From positions 1-54,332 of the forward strand of contig NW_021833866.1 in NCBI RefSeq assembly GCF_006345805.1: a stretch of DNA of 54,332 nucleotides. Reading direction: 5' to 3'. A program made the position numbers and the translations under genes. The notes beneath the pieces were generated by a model. The model was not told where the DNA came from. It made no database searches and saw only the letters and a list, made by a program, of their open reading frames with translations. Positions 36,284 through 49,984 of the stretch are shown piece by piece. Source of the stretch: Octopus sinensis. Its lineage: Eukaryota. Positions within the stretch are counted from its first letter, which is position 1. Every line of letters starts with the position of its first letter.

Positions 36284-36646
36284 CACATACATACATACAT
36301 ACATACATACATACATACATTATGGCTGCCCCCTCGTTATCGAGTATGGCCATTGCACGAATCTTAACTGTTACTGGCGCTGTGATCGAATGTGACTTAC
36401 ATACATACATACATACATATACACATACATACATACATACATACATACATAGATACATACATATACACATACATACATACACATACATACATACATACAT
36501 ACATACATACATACATACATACATACATACATACATACATACGCACACGTATATATCATGTAAATATATATATGCGCGTGTGTATATTATGTATGTATGC
36601 ATAATACGATATATCGTATATAGAGAGACAGAAAAGTAGATACATC

Positions 36647-36677
<31 letters not shown>

Positions 36678-36870
36678 GTATGTATGTTGTATGTATGTAT
36701 GTATGTATGTATGCATGTATGTATGTAGGTATGTATGCATGCATGTATGTATGTATGAATGTATGCATGTATGTATGTATGTATGTATGTATGTATGTAT
36801 GTATGTATGTATGTATGCATGCATGCATGCATGTATGTATGTATGTATGTATGTATGTACGTGTGTATAT
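35968..36870. repeat. Large (TACA)n/(TATG)n microsatellite complex with TGCA and TAGA variants
   Basis: Read directly; source of the 313-aa ORF and overlapping ORFs. Confidence 0.95.
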
Positions 36871-37173
36871 ATATTATGTGTAAATTTGCGCGTCGGTATG
36901 AAATACACACGTTACCACAGTTATTTCAATTTATGTATACGACCGGTTCTAGAGAAAAAGTTTACAAAGATTGGCTGACATCAAAGAAATTCCAGGGAGA
37001 ACATATTCTAATGAAAGGGTTTGGTGGAATATTGGATTAAGGGGTTTAAGGTAAACATGTCTTTATAAAGGAACAGGGTTGGATAGATTGATTGTAAAAC
37101 TGTACATAGGTGGGAAGATAGTGAGGGTGAGAAAATGAGGTAATCATAGATAGATGGATATATAGATAGATAC

Positions 37174-37206
<33 letters not shown>

Positions 37207-37304
37207 CAATCATATATATTTCTTTGTGTGTATGTATATATAGGTATATACACATTCATATATATGTGTGTATACACACATATATGCATGCATATATATA
37301 TATA

Positions 37305-37485
37305 TCTCTTATTATAAAAGGCAGATTTTATCTGCCTCCCTTTGGGAGTTATACAAATCTACAATATAGGATTTCTTCAATTACAATTTACCTTGCATTT
37401 TTAAGAGTACAATGCATCGCGTCATGCCAGGTCCAGTTTTTAAAATTTAAACTCCAATTAAGCAAAATTTACAGAAAACTCACAT
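37305..37485 (+). mobile_element. Helitron-like 5' fragment
   Basis: A|TCTCTTATTATAAAAGGCAG start resembles the other Helitron heads; no 3' CTAG end seen. Confidence 0.45.
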
Positions 37486-37826
37486 TCTGGTGTGTGTGTC
37501 AAATGCTTTTCTTAGTCTGGTTTACAGCACACGCAAACGCACACACACACAAAGGGAGCGAATAAAATAAAAGTAATTGACTTACTGTAGTGAGTGATTC
37601 TTTCACTGCTGCCTCCCACTTCCTTTCCACACATAGACACGCAAAATATAAATAAAATTGTAAGCTAACGTGCGTGTGTGTGAGTGGGTGTGTGTTGGTG
37701 TGCGCGCTGTGTGGTGTGTGTGAGGGTGCGTGTGTGTGTTGTGTGTGTGTGTGTGTGCGTGTGCGTGAGTGTGTGACAGGAAAGTTTTTTACGACGAATA
37801 TAACACCTATATCCAAGTAGCAGAAA

Positions 37827-38299
37827 GATAAGACAGTAAGGTGTGATTTGAGGGAGATTTGGCTGCTATTTCTACCATGTCTAGCTGCCATGTAGGGGTC
37901 TCCCTCATAGGCTCATACATACATATATACATAGATAAGACAGTAAGGTGTGATTTGGGGGAAATTGGCTGCTATTTCTACCAGGTCTAGCCCATGTAGG
38001 GGTCTCCCTCATAGGCTCATACATACATATATACATAGATAAGACAGTAAGGTGTGATGTGGGGGAAATTTGGCTGCTATTTCTACCAGGTCTAGCTGCC
38101 ATGTAGGGGTCTCCCTCATAGGCTCATACATACATATATACATAGATAAGACAGTAAGGTGTGATTTGGGGGAATTTGGCTGCTATCTACCAGGTCTAGC
38201 TACCATGTAGAGGTCCCCCTCATTGGCTCATATATATATACATACATAGACAGTAAGGTGTGTTTTGAGGGAGATTTGGCTGCTGTTTCTACCAGGTCT
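37827..38299 (+). repeat. Tandem array of about 104-107-bp units (4 full plus 1 partial)
   Basis: Units start at 37827, 37934, 38038, 38145 and 38249 (GATAAGACAGTAAGGTGTGATTTG...GGCTCATACATACAT). Confidence 0.95.
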
Positions 38300-38384
38300 G
38301 TTAGGCCTTCTCATGTAAACTCAAGCTTTCTCATGCCTTGAACATAAGACCAAAGCAGAGAATGTATTTTTTTTTTCTGCTTTT

Positions 38385-38560
38385 TCCAGCCATTGGTCTG
38401 TGGCCATGCTGGGGCAATGCCTTGAAGAATTGTAGTTTAATGAATCAACTCGTTTTATTTTTGTAAGGCATTGTACTTATTCTATCTGTTTCCTTTGTCA
38501 AAACCACGAGGTGACAGGGATTGTAAACAAACAACATTCGTTGTCAAGCAGTGGTGCGGC
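38385..38560 (-). mobile_element. Decayed 3' half of octopod SINE
   Basis: GTGGCCATGCTGGGGCAATGCC...GTACTTATTCTATC...GTTGTCAAGCAGTGG. Confidence 0.65.
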
Positions 38561-38658
38561 AATCACAAGCACAGCACGCACACACACACAACATACATGC
38601 ATAACACATATACACACATACATACATACATACATATATATATGTGGGTATATATATA

Positions 38659-38917
38659 TTGCAGCGTGGAAGGTGTTTGTAAGCCATTTAAGAAAACACA
38701 AAAAACCGTTACATTCACTTCAACATTTAAATTAATTTGCCAAAATATTTTCGTCGCTTTGAGACCGCGACCTGTTCACTGACAAAAATATCGTGCTAAC
38801 AGGTCGCGGTCTCAAAGCGATGATAAAATATTTTGACAAATTAAATTTAAATGTTGAAGTGAATCTAACGTTTTTGTGTGTTTCTTAAATGGCTTATAAA
38901 CACCTTCAACGCTGCAA
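38659..38917. mobile_element. Fold-back MITE: about 118-120-bp TIRs with only a 21-nt centre
   Basis: TTGCAGCGTGGAAGGTG...CGCGACCTGTT [21 nt] AACAGGTCGCG...CACCTTCAACGCTGCAA. Confidence 0.85.
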
Positions 38918-39079
38918 CTGTTTTCGTTCCAGCACACGATCTCAGATCAAGTCACTTGCTATGCAAGTACATCTCTGTAAATATATATATTATTTATATA
39001 TATATATATATGTATATTGGTAAAAACAGTAAGATAACAAAGAAAGAAAGAGACCTCAATATTATGTAAATAGAGGAAA

Positions 39080-39472
39080 TCTTTATATATAAAAGTGAGG
39101 TTGTGTGTCTGTCTCCTACGATTTAGATTCCTAACTACTCCACATTTTGCGGTGCAGTTTAACCAAAACCGGGTTCTCTTATAGTCGTGATTCATATCGA
39201 GACCGTCTGGGTATTAGCGCGCGTCTACGATGAGTCTACGATTTAAAAAAAATTTACCATCAATTTTTCCCATTTTTAATCCATTTTTGACATATATAAG
39301 GAAGTAACTCTCTAAAATTTATTATTAAATCTCAGAACGTAAAAAGCTACAGTAACCCCCCTCCCCCTTTGTGGTTAGCCATATTGAGATGGCTATTATA
39401 CTTTACATCTCTAAAAATGCTTATATAATTATTTCCCTTACAAACCCGAGCAACGCCGGGCGATACTGCTAG
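39080..39472 (+). mobile_element. Non-autonomous Helitron
   Basis: A|TCTTTATATATAAAAGTGAG ... CCCGAGCAACGCCGGGCGATACTG-CTAG|T. Confidence 0.82.
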
Positions 39473-39597
39473 TATATATATATAATATATGTATATATAT
39501 ATGTATACTCACACACACACACACACATATATATATATACATATAGATAATATATTATATATAATATATTACCTATATATATATATATAGAGAGAGA

Positions 39598-39600
39598 GAG

Positions 39601-39690
<90 letters not shown>
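39598..39690. repeat. (GATA)n array; further arrays at about 9403-9432, 41945-41990 and 45510-45628
   Basis: Read directly. Confidence 0.95.
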
Positions 39691-39789
39691 GTGGATAGAT
39701 TCAGAGAAGGAGAAAAAGTGAAGGTTGAATACAGAATAGGTAGCAATATAGATGCATACATACAGACAGACAGACATATAGATACATAC

Positions 39790-40153
39790 TCTCTATATAT
39801 ATAAACGGCAAAATGTCTGCGTGTGTGTCCTTTATACAAATCCACAATTTTTCAGTTAGTGGGCTCGCACTTTCTATGGTCATTCAGAACCGTCCAAGGG
39901 TGGTCGTGCACAGCCTTACAATTCCCCAGTCACCCCGCAAAGCCATTAAAAAATCAATAGAAGTGACTTTTTTGTGAATTTTCTATCCAAAACCCAATCA
40001 AAATGCCCGAAACTTGATACGCCAATTGAATGGCAGCTACCTGTATGAGATTGGTCGGAGATTTGGACAGTACTCGCGTGTATGTGTGCACGCACGCAGC
40101 TGTATATGCATGCACTAGCACTATGACCCGGCAACGCCGGGTCATAGTGCTAG
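39790..40153 (+). mobile_element. Non-autonomous Helitron with a fully palindromic 3' end
   Basis: TCTCTATATATATAAACGGC ... ACTAGCACTATGACCCGGC-AAC-GCCGGGTCATAGTG-CTAG|T. Confidence 0.8.
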
Positions 40154-40603
40154 TTACAAATATAGAAAATCATGCGCACACATATGCACTCACACACTTA
40201 TATACATGCATACGCACAGACTCGCACGCACATGAACAAGCGCACAGACGCACAAACACACGCACACACTCACACACTCATATCGCATATACATACTTGC
40301 ATGTCAACCATCCATTTCTGTTTTCTCTCTAATAAACATAATTTTCTCCGCCATATTGAAAACATGTTGATTCTACCAACTTGTACATCTTGTGATTCAT
40401 CCTGCAGTCAAAGACGATTCTTCGGTATTACTAAGCCAAAACAACTTTTGCGTGACCATAAAACCTATTATCACGCAAGTCAGCCGAGAATACGGCCAAA
40501 CCAACAACAAACTGGTCGAAATGACTCACCATGCGTTGCCTGTCGCTCAGTTGTTATTATTATTACTTCAGTCTCTTTGTCGCTCTTCTGCCATGATAAA
40601 CAG

Positions 40604-40634
<31 letters not shown>

Positions 40635-40776
40635 AACAGACACATGCACACACACACATACACACGCACGCACGTACGCACCTTCACCTGCTTCTTTCAC
40701 CTCGTTACGTAGACAGACATCGGCAATAATGTTTGCTTTAAGTATCCAAGGAGGAGAAAGAGATGGGAAGAAGAAG

Positions 40777-40863
<87 letters not shown>

Positions 40864-41207
40864 TAGTAGGAAAATGGAAAGGGAGAAAATGAAGAAGTAA
40901 GAGGCCCTGTAAAGTCTGTCTGCCGCTGTATGGAGCCACTGTATGTAGCAGTTAATGTGTTTCGATATTATTCTTGTGTAATTCCTCGTTCGTTTCATTG
41001 TTCCCAGTTGTTCTTCAGAATAAACAGCAATGTTGGTCTCCTTCACCAATTCTTATTTTATTTCTTCGATTAATTTGCAGGAAGGGGGCTTCGTCGGTGA
41101 TCTTTGCGGATCCTCTGAGACCGATAATGTTGATGTGTTGCTCAATGTATATGAAAATTGTTTATATTTCGGTGGTTGCAATAAAAAAAACAAAATAAAC
41201 AAAGAGT

Positions 41208-41345
41208 AGGCATAGCTGTGTGGATATGAAGCTTATTTTGCAATGAAGTGGTTTCAGGTTCGGTTCCACTGCGTGGCATCTTGGACAGCTGCCAGCTACT
41301 GTAGCCCTGTGAGTGAATTTCTTAGACGGGAACTGTTTGCAGGCT
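41208..41345 (+). mobile_element. Decayed SINE 5' head
   Basis: GCTGTGTGG...GGTTTCAGGTTCGGTTCCACTGCGTGGCATCTTGGACA. Confidence 0.6.
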
Positions 41346-41885
41346 CGGAGCGTATGTGTGTGGGTATCTGTGTGTGTGCATTACATGTGTATATATATGT
41401 ATATATATATACATGCATATGAATTTGTATGTATATGCATATATGTACTGTGTACATGGTTGTGTGTATACATGCATGTTTATACACATATATACACATA
41501 TCTGTAAATATATAATATATATATAATATATATACATATATACATACACATACATGTACATACACACGCGTATCTACGTCGAACGACAGAGATACGCCAC
41601 CATGATCACCACCGCCATCACCGCCATCACCACCATCACTCCACCGCCAACACCGCCACCTCCACCAAACCAACGCCACCGCCACCACCACCACCACCAA
41701 CACATCATCCCATTCGTAATTACCCCCATGCTGCAGTGATATATAGAACCACTTCTCAGAAGACATTCACAGACAACACAAAGGAACAGAGAGAAAAATA
41801 TTCCAGAAAACAGCCACAAGTTCTATAAATATTTTTAAAGCATTTGGTCACCGTGAATAAGGGTTAGACATGTTTTGCCAGACGT

Positions 41886-41991
<106 letters not shown>

Positions 41992-42359
41992 GACAGAAAA
42001 GAAAAGCAAAAGATTTTGATGTTATTTCTCGCATAATGAATAGAAATATGCTGCTGCTACCTCTGTTGCTGCTGACGCCAGTTGCTGCAGTAGCTGCTGG
42101 TGATGAAGATGAAGATGAAGATGATGATGATGAGGAGGAGGAGGAGGAGGAAAATGATGATCATAAACATCATTTCTAACAAGCACAGGGTTACACATTT
42201 TGAGGGATGTTGCATGTGTGTGTGTGTGTATGTATACATATCCACAGACATACATAGATACACATATACATTATATAAATACATGTATATACACGCAAGC
42301 ACACATACATGTATACGTATGTATGCGCACACATATAAATATACTTCCAATTAATTGTG

Positions 42360-42405
<46 letters not shown>

Positions 42406-43149
42406 AATTAATTTCTAATTAGTTGATATAAAGCATACTCAATGTATAAATTCCTTGATTACGCTAATTATTATGACGTACATCACGGAGATCGTAAATA
42501 TCTAATTACAAGATAAATCACACCGACGTGGTTTGTCTTATTTTATGCAAAGCTGTCTGAAGCAGCGCTATATCAAAAGGAGGAGGAGGGGAGGAGGAGG
42601 AGGAGGAGGAGGAGAGAGTTGTTGCCAAGGGATGTGGATGTGAAGGAGGTGCGATATTTCATATGGCTTAATCATGCTTTCAAATTAAGATAGTTGTGTC
42701 AAAAGAGTATTCGAATCCCTTCGAATCCCTTCTTATATCTATGCTCTGAGGGAATTTTCGCTGTTTCAGTAGAATATATTTTTCAAATACGTGTAGCGAC
42801 CTCTGGCTGATAGTTTATACAAAGGCGGGTAACTATATGAGGTGAGATTAAATATTTGCAATCAAGAAATATGGAAAAGAAAAAGAAAATTTACATAGAT
42901 AAACACACACGATTTAAATGCTTTTCTTATTATTTATGGGGAAAATCTCACGATCTCTCTCTAATCGTAATTAAGTATAGTACTATTTCATCCTTTTTAG
43001 GAATCTTCAACATAACTTCACGGAGATCTCTCGGCTCGTCCATTGGTGAAGAGACCGGCTTTTCGTGTGAGATGATGCGAATTACAGGACTCAGCGAGCA
43101 TGTATACGTCGAACGCACATTGTGGCCCCAAGATCTTACAGCCCCAGTG

Positions 43150-43440
43150 AAGTCGCATGATCCAGTAGTTAGGGTGTTTCGCTCACGATCATTCGTGGTT
43201 TCGATTCCCGGATCAGATGTTTAATTGGGCTCTTGAGCAAAACACTTTATTTCACGTTGCTCCAGTCCCCTCAACGGTCAAACGAATCCCAGCATCAGCT
43301 GGAAAGTCAACTCCGTCACAGACCGGCGTTCCGTTCAGTGGGGAGGGGCGCCATAACTTCAGTCACTTATACGTCATGGGAAGTGAGTTAATCCCCAGCC
43401 TTGTGAGTTCCACGGTTCATGTCAGACCGAAGTCTAAGTC
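43150..43440 (+). mobile_element. tRNA-derived CORE-like SINE
   Basis: GTGGTTTCGATTCCCGG B box; CTTGAGCAAAACACTTTATTTCACGTTGCTCCAGTCC core-like segment. Confidence 0.65.
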
Positions 43441-43811
43441 TGAAGTCTGTATAAACGCGCTTTTTATATTGAATCCCTTTGAGGTGGTGTGCTATTTATT
43501 GAAAGACTTCACGGGAACCTTTCTTTCCCTTCTCTCTCCCTCTCTTTATCTGTTTCTCTCCCTAACTTATTGTATATCTCAAAACACCGTTTAAAAGAGT
43601 GCGCAGTCATAGAAACATCAAGATGTTTCGAAGACCACCAACGTATATATGCAGGCAACTTAATATTCAAGATTCATTCTTTCGCTTACGTTTTCACGAA
43701 GACATTGGTCATAGTCCCAACTAATTTCTAATTACTTGTAGAGCACTTCCGGTGCATAAACTCTCTCTCTCTCTCTCTCTCGATTAAATGAACTCAGTCG
43801 TGCGTCTAGTT

Positions 43812-43877
<66 letters not shown>

Positions 43878-44154
43878 ACACTCAAAATAACAAAAGTTAA
43901 CTGAAAGAAATAGCTCAGTGAAGTCAGGTACATGAATTCTCACAACAAAGCTGAATCTCTTTATATTGATTGCCAAACAAAATAATTTCTCGGTTTATTG
44001 AACTTATTTTCTCTTCGAAGGGAAACAAACAAAGGCCTGGTGGAAATTGCGATCGACTCCAAATGCAAAGGGAGAATAATGTCAAAAAATAAACATTGTT
44101 GGAATGGATAAAATATTACTGAAAAGTCTGTTTTTTCTGGAGACATGAGGACAT

Positions 44155-44196
44155 TTGTTATATCCATCTCTACCTTCGTAGGTGTCATCAGAACAA
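44155..44196 (-). ncRNA. Degenerate hammerhead-like motif
   Basis: Reverse complement: TTGTT-CTGATGA-C-ACCT-ACGA-AGGT-A-GAGA-TGGATAT-AACAA; stems I and II are perfect, GAAA is changed to GAGA, no clear NUH. Confidence 0.35.
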
Positions 44197-44935
44197 TGGT
44201 TGTCATATCAGGTAGCTGTATGTATGTATATAAGTATGTGTGTGTATGTATGCATGTATGTATGTATGCATGCATGTATGTATGTATGTATGCATGCATG
44301 TATGTATGTATGTATGTATGCATGTATGTATGTATGTATGTATGTATGTATGTATGTATGTATGTATGCATGTATGTATGTATGCATGTATGTATGTATG
44401 TATGTGTCTTTGTCACTATTTTCATGTGTGTCATTTTCTGTCACCCTTCATTCCTCCATTCCAGAAAGACAGGTAAAAAAGTTTTAAAAATACAAAGATT
44501 AAAAAGAACAGACGGAAGAAAACAGAAAGTTTGACGTCGCACAAACATGGCACTGCCATCAATGTCATCATTCTTCTTTTACACTTTATCTATGTCCCTG
44601 TCATTATGTATTCTCCCTCTTTTTTCACTTTCCATCTGTCTTTATTCCATATCCTTCTTTATTCTCTACCTTGCTTCATTCTCTATTTTTCTTTTATTCC
44701 ACTTTTCCACTGAGAGACGGGGAGAGGAAGAAGGACTGGATGAAAGAAAAATTACTCCTACTTTATTTCACCTTTCTTTCCTTGATTCATCACCTTACTT
44801 CTTAGACAGTGAGATGAAAATGACATGCTTTCTATATTTCGAACTAAATATTATACAAAAATTCATAATACAAATAATACTGAGGGGTCTCCAGTATTTT
44901 TTAATACAAGATACACACACACAAACATCACAGTC

Positions 44936-45013
<78 letters not shown>

Positions 45014-45348
45014 TACATATCGTACATATGTCTGTATGTATATGTATGTTTATGTATATACGTATAACTGAAGCTGTTACTTCAATTTCGCAATTATGCG
45101 TCTGTATTGCCATTTTGAGGAACGTGTAAACGAGAGACATAAGAACCGGAAAAGAACCGCAGCGGAATAAACATAATTATAGTTTACACTGTGTGCTGAG
45201 TACTTTTATACTTTTCCATACAATACACTAATTACTCTTCTAGATGGTGCCCCAGCATGGCCCTGTCCAATGACAGAAACCTATGTATATATATATACAT
45301 AGTTTTATTTATTTCAGCCAGTGATGTGGCCATATATATGTTTGCGTT

Positions 45349-45435
<87 letters not shown>

Positions 45436-45510
45436 TGTGTGTGTGTGTTGTGTGTGTGTGTGTGCACAAAAAGGCAGTCAGGCTATATGAACGGCGCACA
45501 CACTGGCAGG

Positions 45511-45627
<117 letters not shown>

Positions 45628-46139
45628 GAGTGCGCATGTCAGCGTGTATGTGGGAGTATCACTATATCAATTCGGTATAACACGTGATCTACTCACAAAT
45701 ACACATAAGTATTATTAGACATACATTCATTCACAAACATATATATATATATATACATATGCTTACATGCATATACTGGCAGAGCCATGTAAAAGCTACA
45801 TACACATACATACAGCTAGGCCCAGACAGTAAAACACATATCCGTGGATATATATATACATACATACATACATACATACATACATACATACATGCATGCA
45901 TGCATACATACATACATACATACATACATGCATGCATACATACATACATACATACATACATACATACATGCATGCATACATACATACATACATACATACA
46001 TACATACATACATACATACATACATACATACACACACACACATATCTCAACGCATTCAAGGCTCGTGGTAAACAAAGCAACCCAAATTGACCTGTCAAAG
46101 GTCAGATAAAATTCGACACTTTAACACTCTAATTAGGTG

Positions 46140-46171
<32 letters not shown>

Positions 46172-46403
46172 GACAAAGAGAGGGATAGGTTGACAGATAG
46201 ACAGTTATACGTACAGACAATGGCACGAACTTACATGCATGCATGCATGTATGTATGTATGTATGTATGTATGTATGTATGTATGTATACATATACACAT
46301 ATATATATATTTAGAGAGGCACGCACACATATATGATGAGTATGTATGTGTGTGTACATATGCATATTATATATATATGACATATATATATATAATAATA
46401 TAT

Positions 46404-46449
<46 letters not shown>

Positions 46450-46451
<2 letters not shown>

Positions 46452-46590
46452 ATAAATGTAAAAAAACACAAACTGGTACAAGAACGCAACACATTTAGAA
46501 GACGAATGATACAAAAAACACAGACGGGACATTCGAAGCCTTCGATCTTCAGTCAAGAACCGGATCATCTTCGCAATTTCGGCTGATTAA
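46450..46590 (-). repeat. Inverted copy of the 5618-5758 repeat
   Basis: Direct sequence match. Confidence 0.75.
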
Positions 46591-46785
46591 TCTTGAGATT
46601 GCTCCGACCTGGCCAGCCCCAAAGGTTAATCTAAGCCAAGCGCATTAGATTCCTTGGAAGGAAGAATATATATATATACACACACACGTATACACGCATG
46701 GATGTACGTAGAGAGAACAGATAAATAGGCAGCCATACGTATCTAGTAACTGTAAATGTATGCACTTTTGCATATATTATGTGTG

Positions 46786-46839
<54 letters not shown>

Positions 46840-46856
46840 GTGTGTGTGTATATGTA

Positions 46857-46888
<32 letters not shown>

Positions 46889-47032
46889 CATACATACACG
46901 CACACACACATATACACGTATACATACACAGTACTAAAACTATGTTACTACCAGGTAATCGTTACACTGATTGCGCAAAAGGGCCTGTCATCTCTTCCTA
47001 TGAAATCAAGGCTACACACACACACACACACA

Positions 47033-47063
<31 letters not shown>

Positions 47064-47096
47064 ACACACCACACACACACACAAATGAAAAACACG

Positions 47097-47265
47097 CGTG
47101 ACTTAGTGGTTGTTAAGATGTTTCACTCGCGATGGTAAGATCTTGGTTTCTGTTCCTCTACCAGGCAGTGTACGTTGTATTCTTGAGCAAAACACTTCAT
47201 TCCCCGTTGCGCCAGTCCACTCAGCCGGTAAAAGTGAGTAATTCTGCGACTGACCGATGTCGACA
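47097..47265 (+). mobile_element. tRNA-derived CORE-like SINE fragment
   Basis: GACTTAGTGGTT A-box-like; CTTGAGCAAAACACTTCATTCCCCGTTGCGCCAGTCCACTCAGC. Confidence 0.6.
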
Positions 47266-47309
47266 CAAACCAACCAATAACATCCAAACTTTTTTTCTCT
47301 CAGGTACTG

Positions 47310-47580
47310 TGTTGTTTCTCGGTTTTTTTTACCCCTACTACTCTGGCCACTGCCCCTCAGACCTGGCTGGACTTTGTCATATTTACATAGACCTTTCACT
47401 CTTGTTCCTACCAGCGATATTGTGTTCTCCCTCCCAGAAACTTCTACTCACTGCAATTCTCAGCCCTTCTTTCCCAGAACGTCATCCCTCAGGAAATTCC
47501 CATCAGTCACCAAATTTTTCTGCTGCCTTCGACTTTTCAAGAGGAATATTCAACGCAACGCAGCTTTTGTCAGACTTAAG
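47310..47580 (+). mobile_element. CR1/L2-like LINE ORF2 3' remnant
   Basis: YYSGHCPSDLAGL and FFPRTSSLR...FKRNI fragments in shifting frames. Confidence 0.6.
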
Positions 47581-48722
47581 ACGACCTGGGAAGAGCATGG
47601 CACACCACCCTCTTCCAGACAAAACCATAAGCACCACCACCACCACTACCACCACCAACACCACCATCACCATCACCACCAACAACAACACTGAGCCTGT
47701 CTCTGTTGTCTTTTATCTTCTTGTCTGCTGCCAGTGAAATATGACCACCCACACGAAAACTTATCCACAACTCCAAACACAACTTCCACCAATTTTTTCT
47801 CATTTAAAAGAAAAACATCCTCGAGATTATTTATTTATTATCATTTTCTTTAAATTTTTCGCCTTTTATATGTTTTTTTGTTGTTGTTGATTATTCGTTG
47901 GTCTGTTGTTGTTGTTGTTGTTGTAATGCTTCAAGGCAGTTTTAGACGAACTTCGCTAATTTTCCCCACCTACACGACAAAAGAAAATATTTATTAGTTT
48001 AATGCTGCTAAGTCAGACAAAATCAATCAATATTAATTCTGTTCTTGACAACATTGTCGTAATTAGTCAATGATTAAAACACGTTTAAACAATAAACAAA
48101 TCAACAAACTTATTTACAATATCATCAGAATAATATGTATTTGTTATTTGCAGAGTTATTTTTCTTATATTTTGCTTCATTTATTTATTTATTTTTGACA
48201 AAACAAGGTTGGAAAAACGAAACAAAAGGAAACTTCCAATAGAAAGCAATAATTGGTTTTATTGTTTTAAGATATTAAATATAAACGGTTTCCCGAGGCA
48301 GACGTGTAAATGACATTACTTAAATCGTGATGTTATTTGCGTACAAGTCGTGCACGCTTTGTTTAATTGCTTAATTATTTTTGGTATACAAGACAAAAAA
48401 ATTGTATTCCCTATGAGTTTTTTCCGTCTTAAAATTGTGACGTTTTCTGTGACTTATGTTCTTTTGACTATTTCCGTACACCCATTCCTTTTTTTTTAAG
48501 ATATGTTTGCGTTACTTCTCATAGTAACCATTTGATGCTCTCACAATCGGCAGATGGAATATCAAAGAGCAGTGAGGTAAGAAATGCAGGTTGACCGACA
48601 CTTGGTCCTATGTTTAGAATATCCAAAGCAGATAACTTTTCAGAGGAAATAGTAAGACACGCGCGGGTGTTTTACCTGTCTATAATAGCATTATATATAT
48701 ATATTGCGTTTATGTAGTAGAA

Positions 48723-49160
48723 GTGGCAGAAAGGCCAAGGACCTCCATGAAATCCCTGATCTGTAGAACATATCCATTCGATAGATCTCCATGTACGGAG
48801 AACAACTGCATAGTATGCAGAATGAACCCACAGGTTAACTGTAAAATTAAGAATGTTGTCTATAGCATACGATATACTGAGGGACGGTGCAAAAACATGA
48901 CAACTTACTTTGGGGAGATGGCACGTAGCATAGGGGAGCGGATAGGTGAATACTAACGGGAGCTCAAAGAGTGCTCCACCATTATACTCAATTAGAACAT
49001 AGAGGCTCTGTTAATAATATAGCGATTAAGGTATTATCAATACATATAACAGTCACGACACTTAAACAGATTACAGAAGCCACATATATAGTAATAGACA
49101 GACCAAACCTCAACAGAAAGCACGAATGGAACAATAACACCTCCACCAGTACATTACGCA
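48723..49160 (+). mobile_element. Penelope-like element GIY-YIG endonuclease relic
   Basis: NCKIKNVVYSIRY...TYFGEMARSIGERIGEY, then IKVLSIH...LKQITEATYI...RPNLNRKHEW. Confidence 0.85.
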
Positions 49161-49605
49161 ACATGATAACTATGGAAGGAAAAAAAGACACAGATGCAAA
49201 CAGTATAATGCATAAATCCATATATATAGGCACAAAAGACACACACACACATACTTAAGATGAAATGGTGGGAAAATAGAAATAAATAAGTAAATAAATG
49301 GAAAAGAAACTATATAAAAGGGCACGGAGATAAACAGAATAACAAGCAAACGCATATACATAAAACACACAAAATGCACATACAAAACTCATAGACAGAT
49401 GCTAACGCATGCGTAGATAAGGATCCACACCATAGAAAGATAGAATGGACTAAAGAGAACAGGAGGAGACACGTGAGATGGAGAGTCACAGAAGCGGTCA
49501 TAGGTGTGTGATGAAAAATTTCGAGACTATGGACATGAAATAAGAACAATAATAAACAAGTGAAGAACGAATATAAAAAAATGATCGCCCCGAAATATAA
49601 CTATA

Positions 49606-49646
<41 letters not shown>

Positions 49647-49881
49647 CAAAATAAGCAACAGGATATCAAGAAATGGTGCAGTACGACTGTTTCAAGCGGC
49701 TCCATTTAATTAAACAATGCAATCGTTACATCAATTTAAATACAGGGCTATCCTCAGCTGCACAAAGAAATAAATATAATTTTAATCAGTCGGACATATT
49801 AATATAATTTTACTCAATACTTTAACAGAGCAAAAAGATGGAAGAAATCCATGTTGTCGCTATTGTAGCTAAGAATATACA

Positions 49882-49915
<34 letters not shown>

Positions 49916-49919
49916 CATA

Positions 49920-49981
<62 letters not shown>

Positions 49982-49984
49982 CCC

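Noticed and set aside
35860-36978. Long ORFs such as the 313-aa MYVC/HTYI proteins (and dozens like them across the window)
   Set aside because: They are translations of (TACA)n, (TA)n and (CA)n, which lack stops in several frames; not evidence of coding
36951-37050. Possible exon RKSLQRLADIKEIPGRTYSNERVWWNIGLRGL between TAG and GTAAAC
   Set aside because: Weak splice sites, no recognisable homology, flanked by microsatellites
37827-38299. Tandem array as CRISPR or as a retrozyme
   Set aside because: The context is eukaryotic, with no unique spacers and no cas genes; the units lack CUGANGA and GAAA cores
41081-41250. Open frame EGGFVGDLCGSSETD... after a good acceptor
   Set aside because: It runs into a SINE head before its stop and has no recognisable domain
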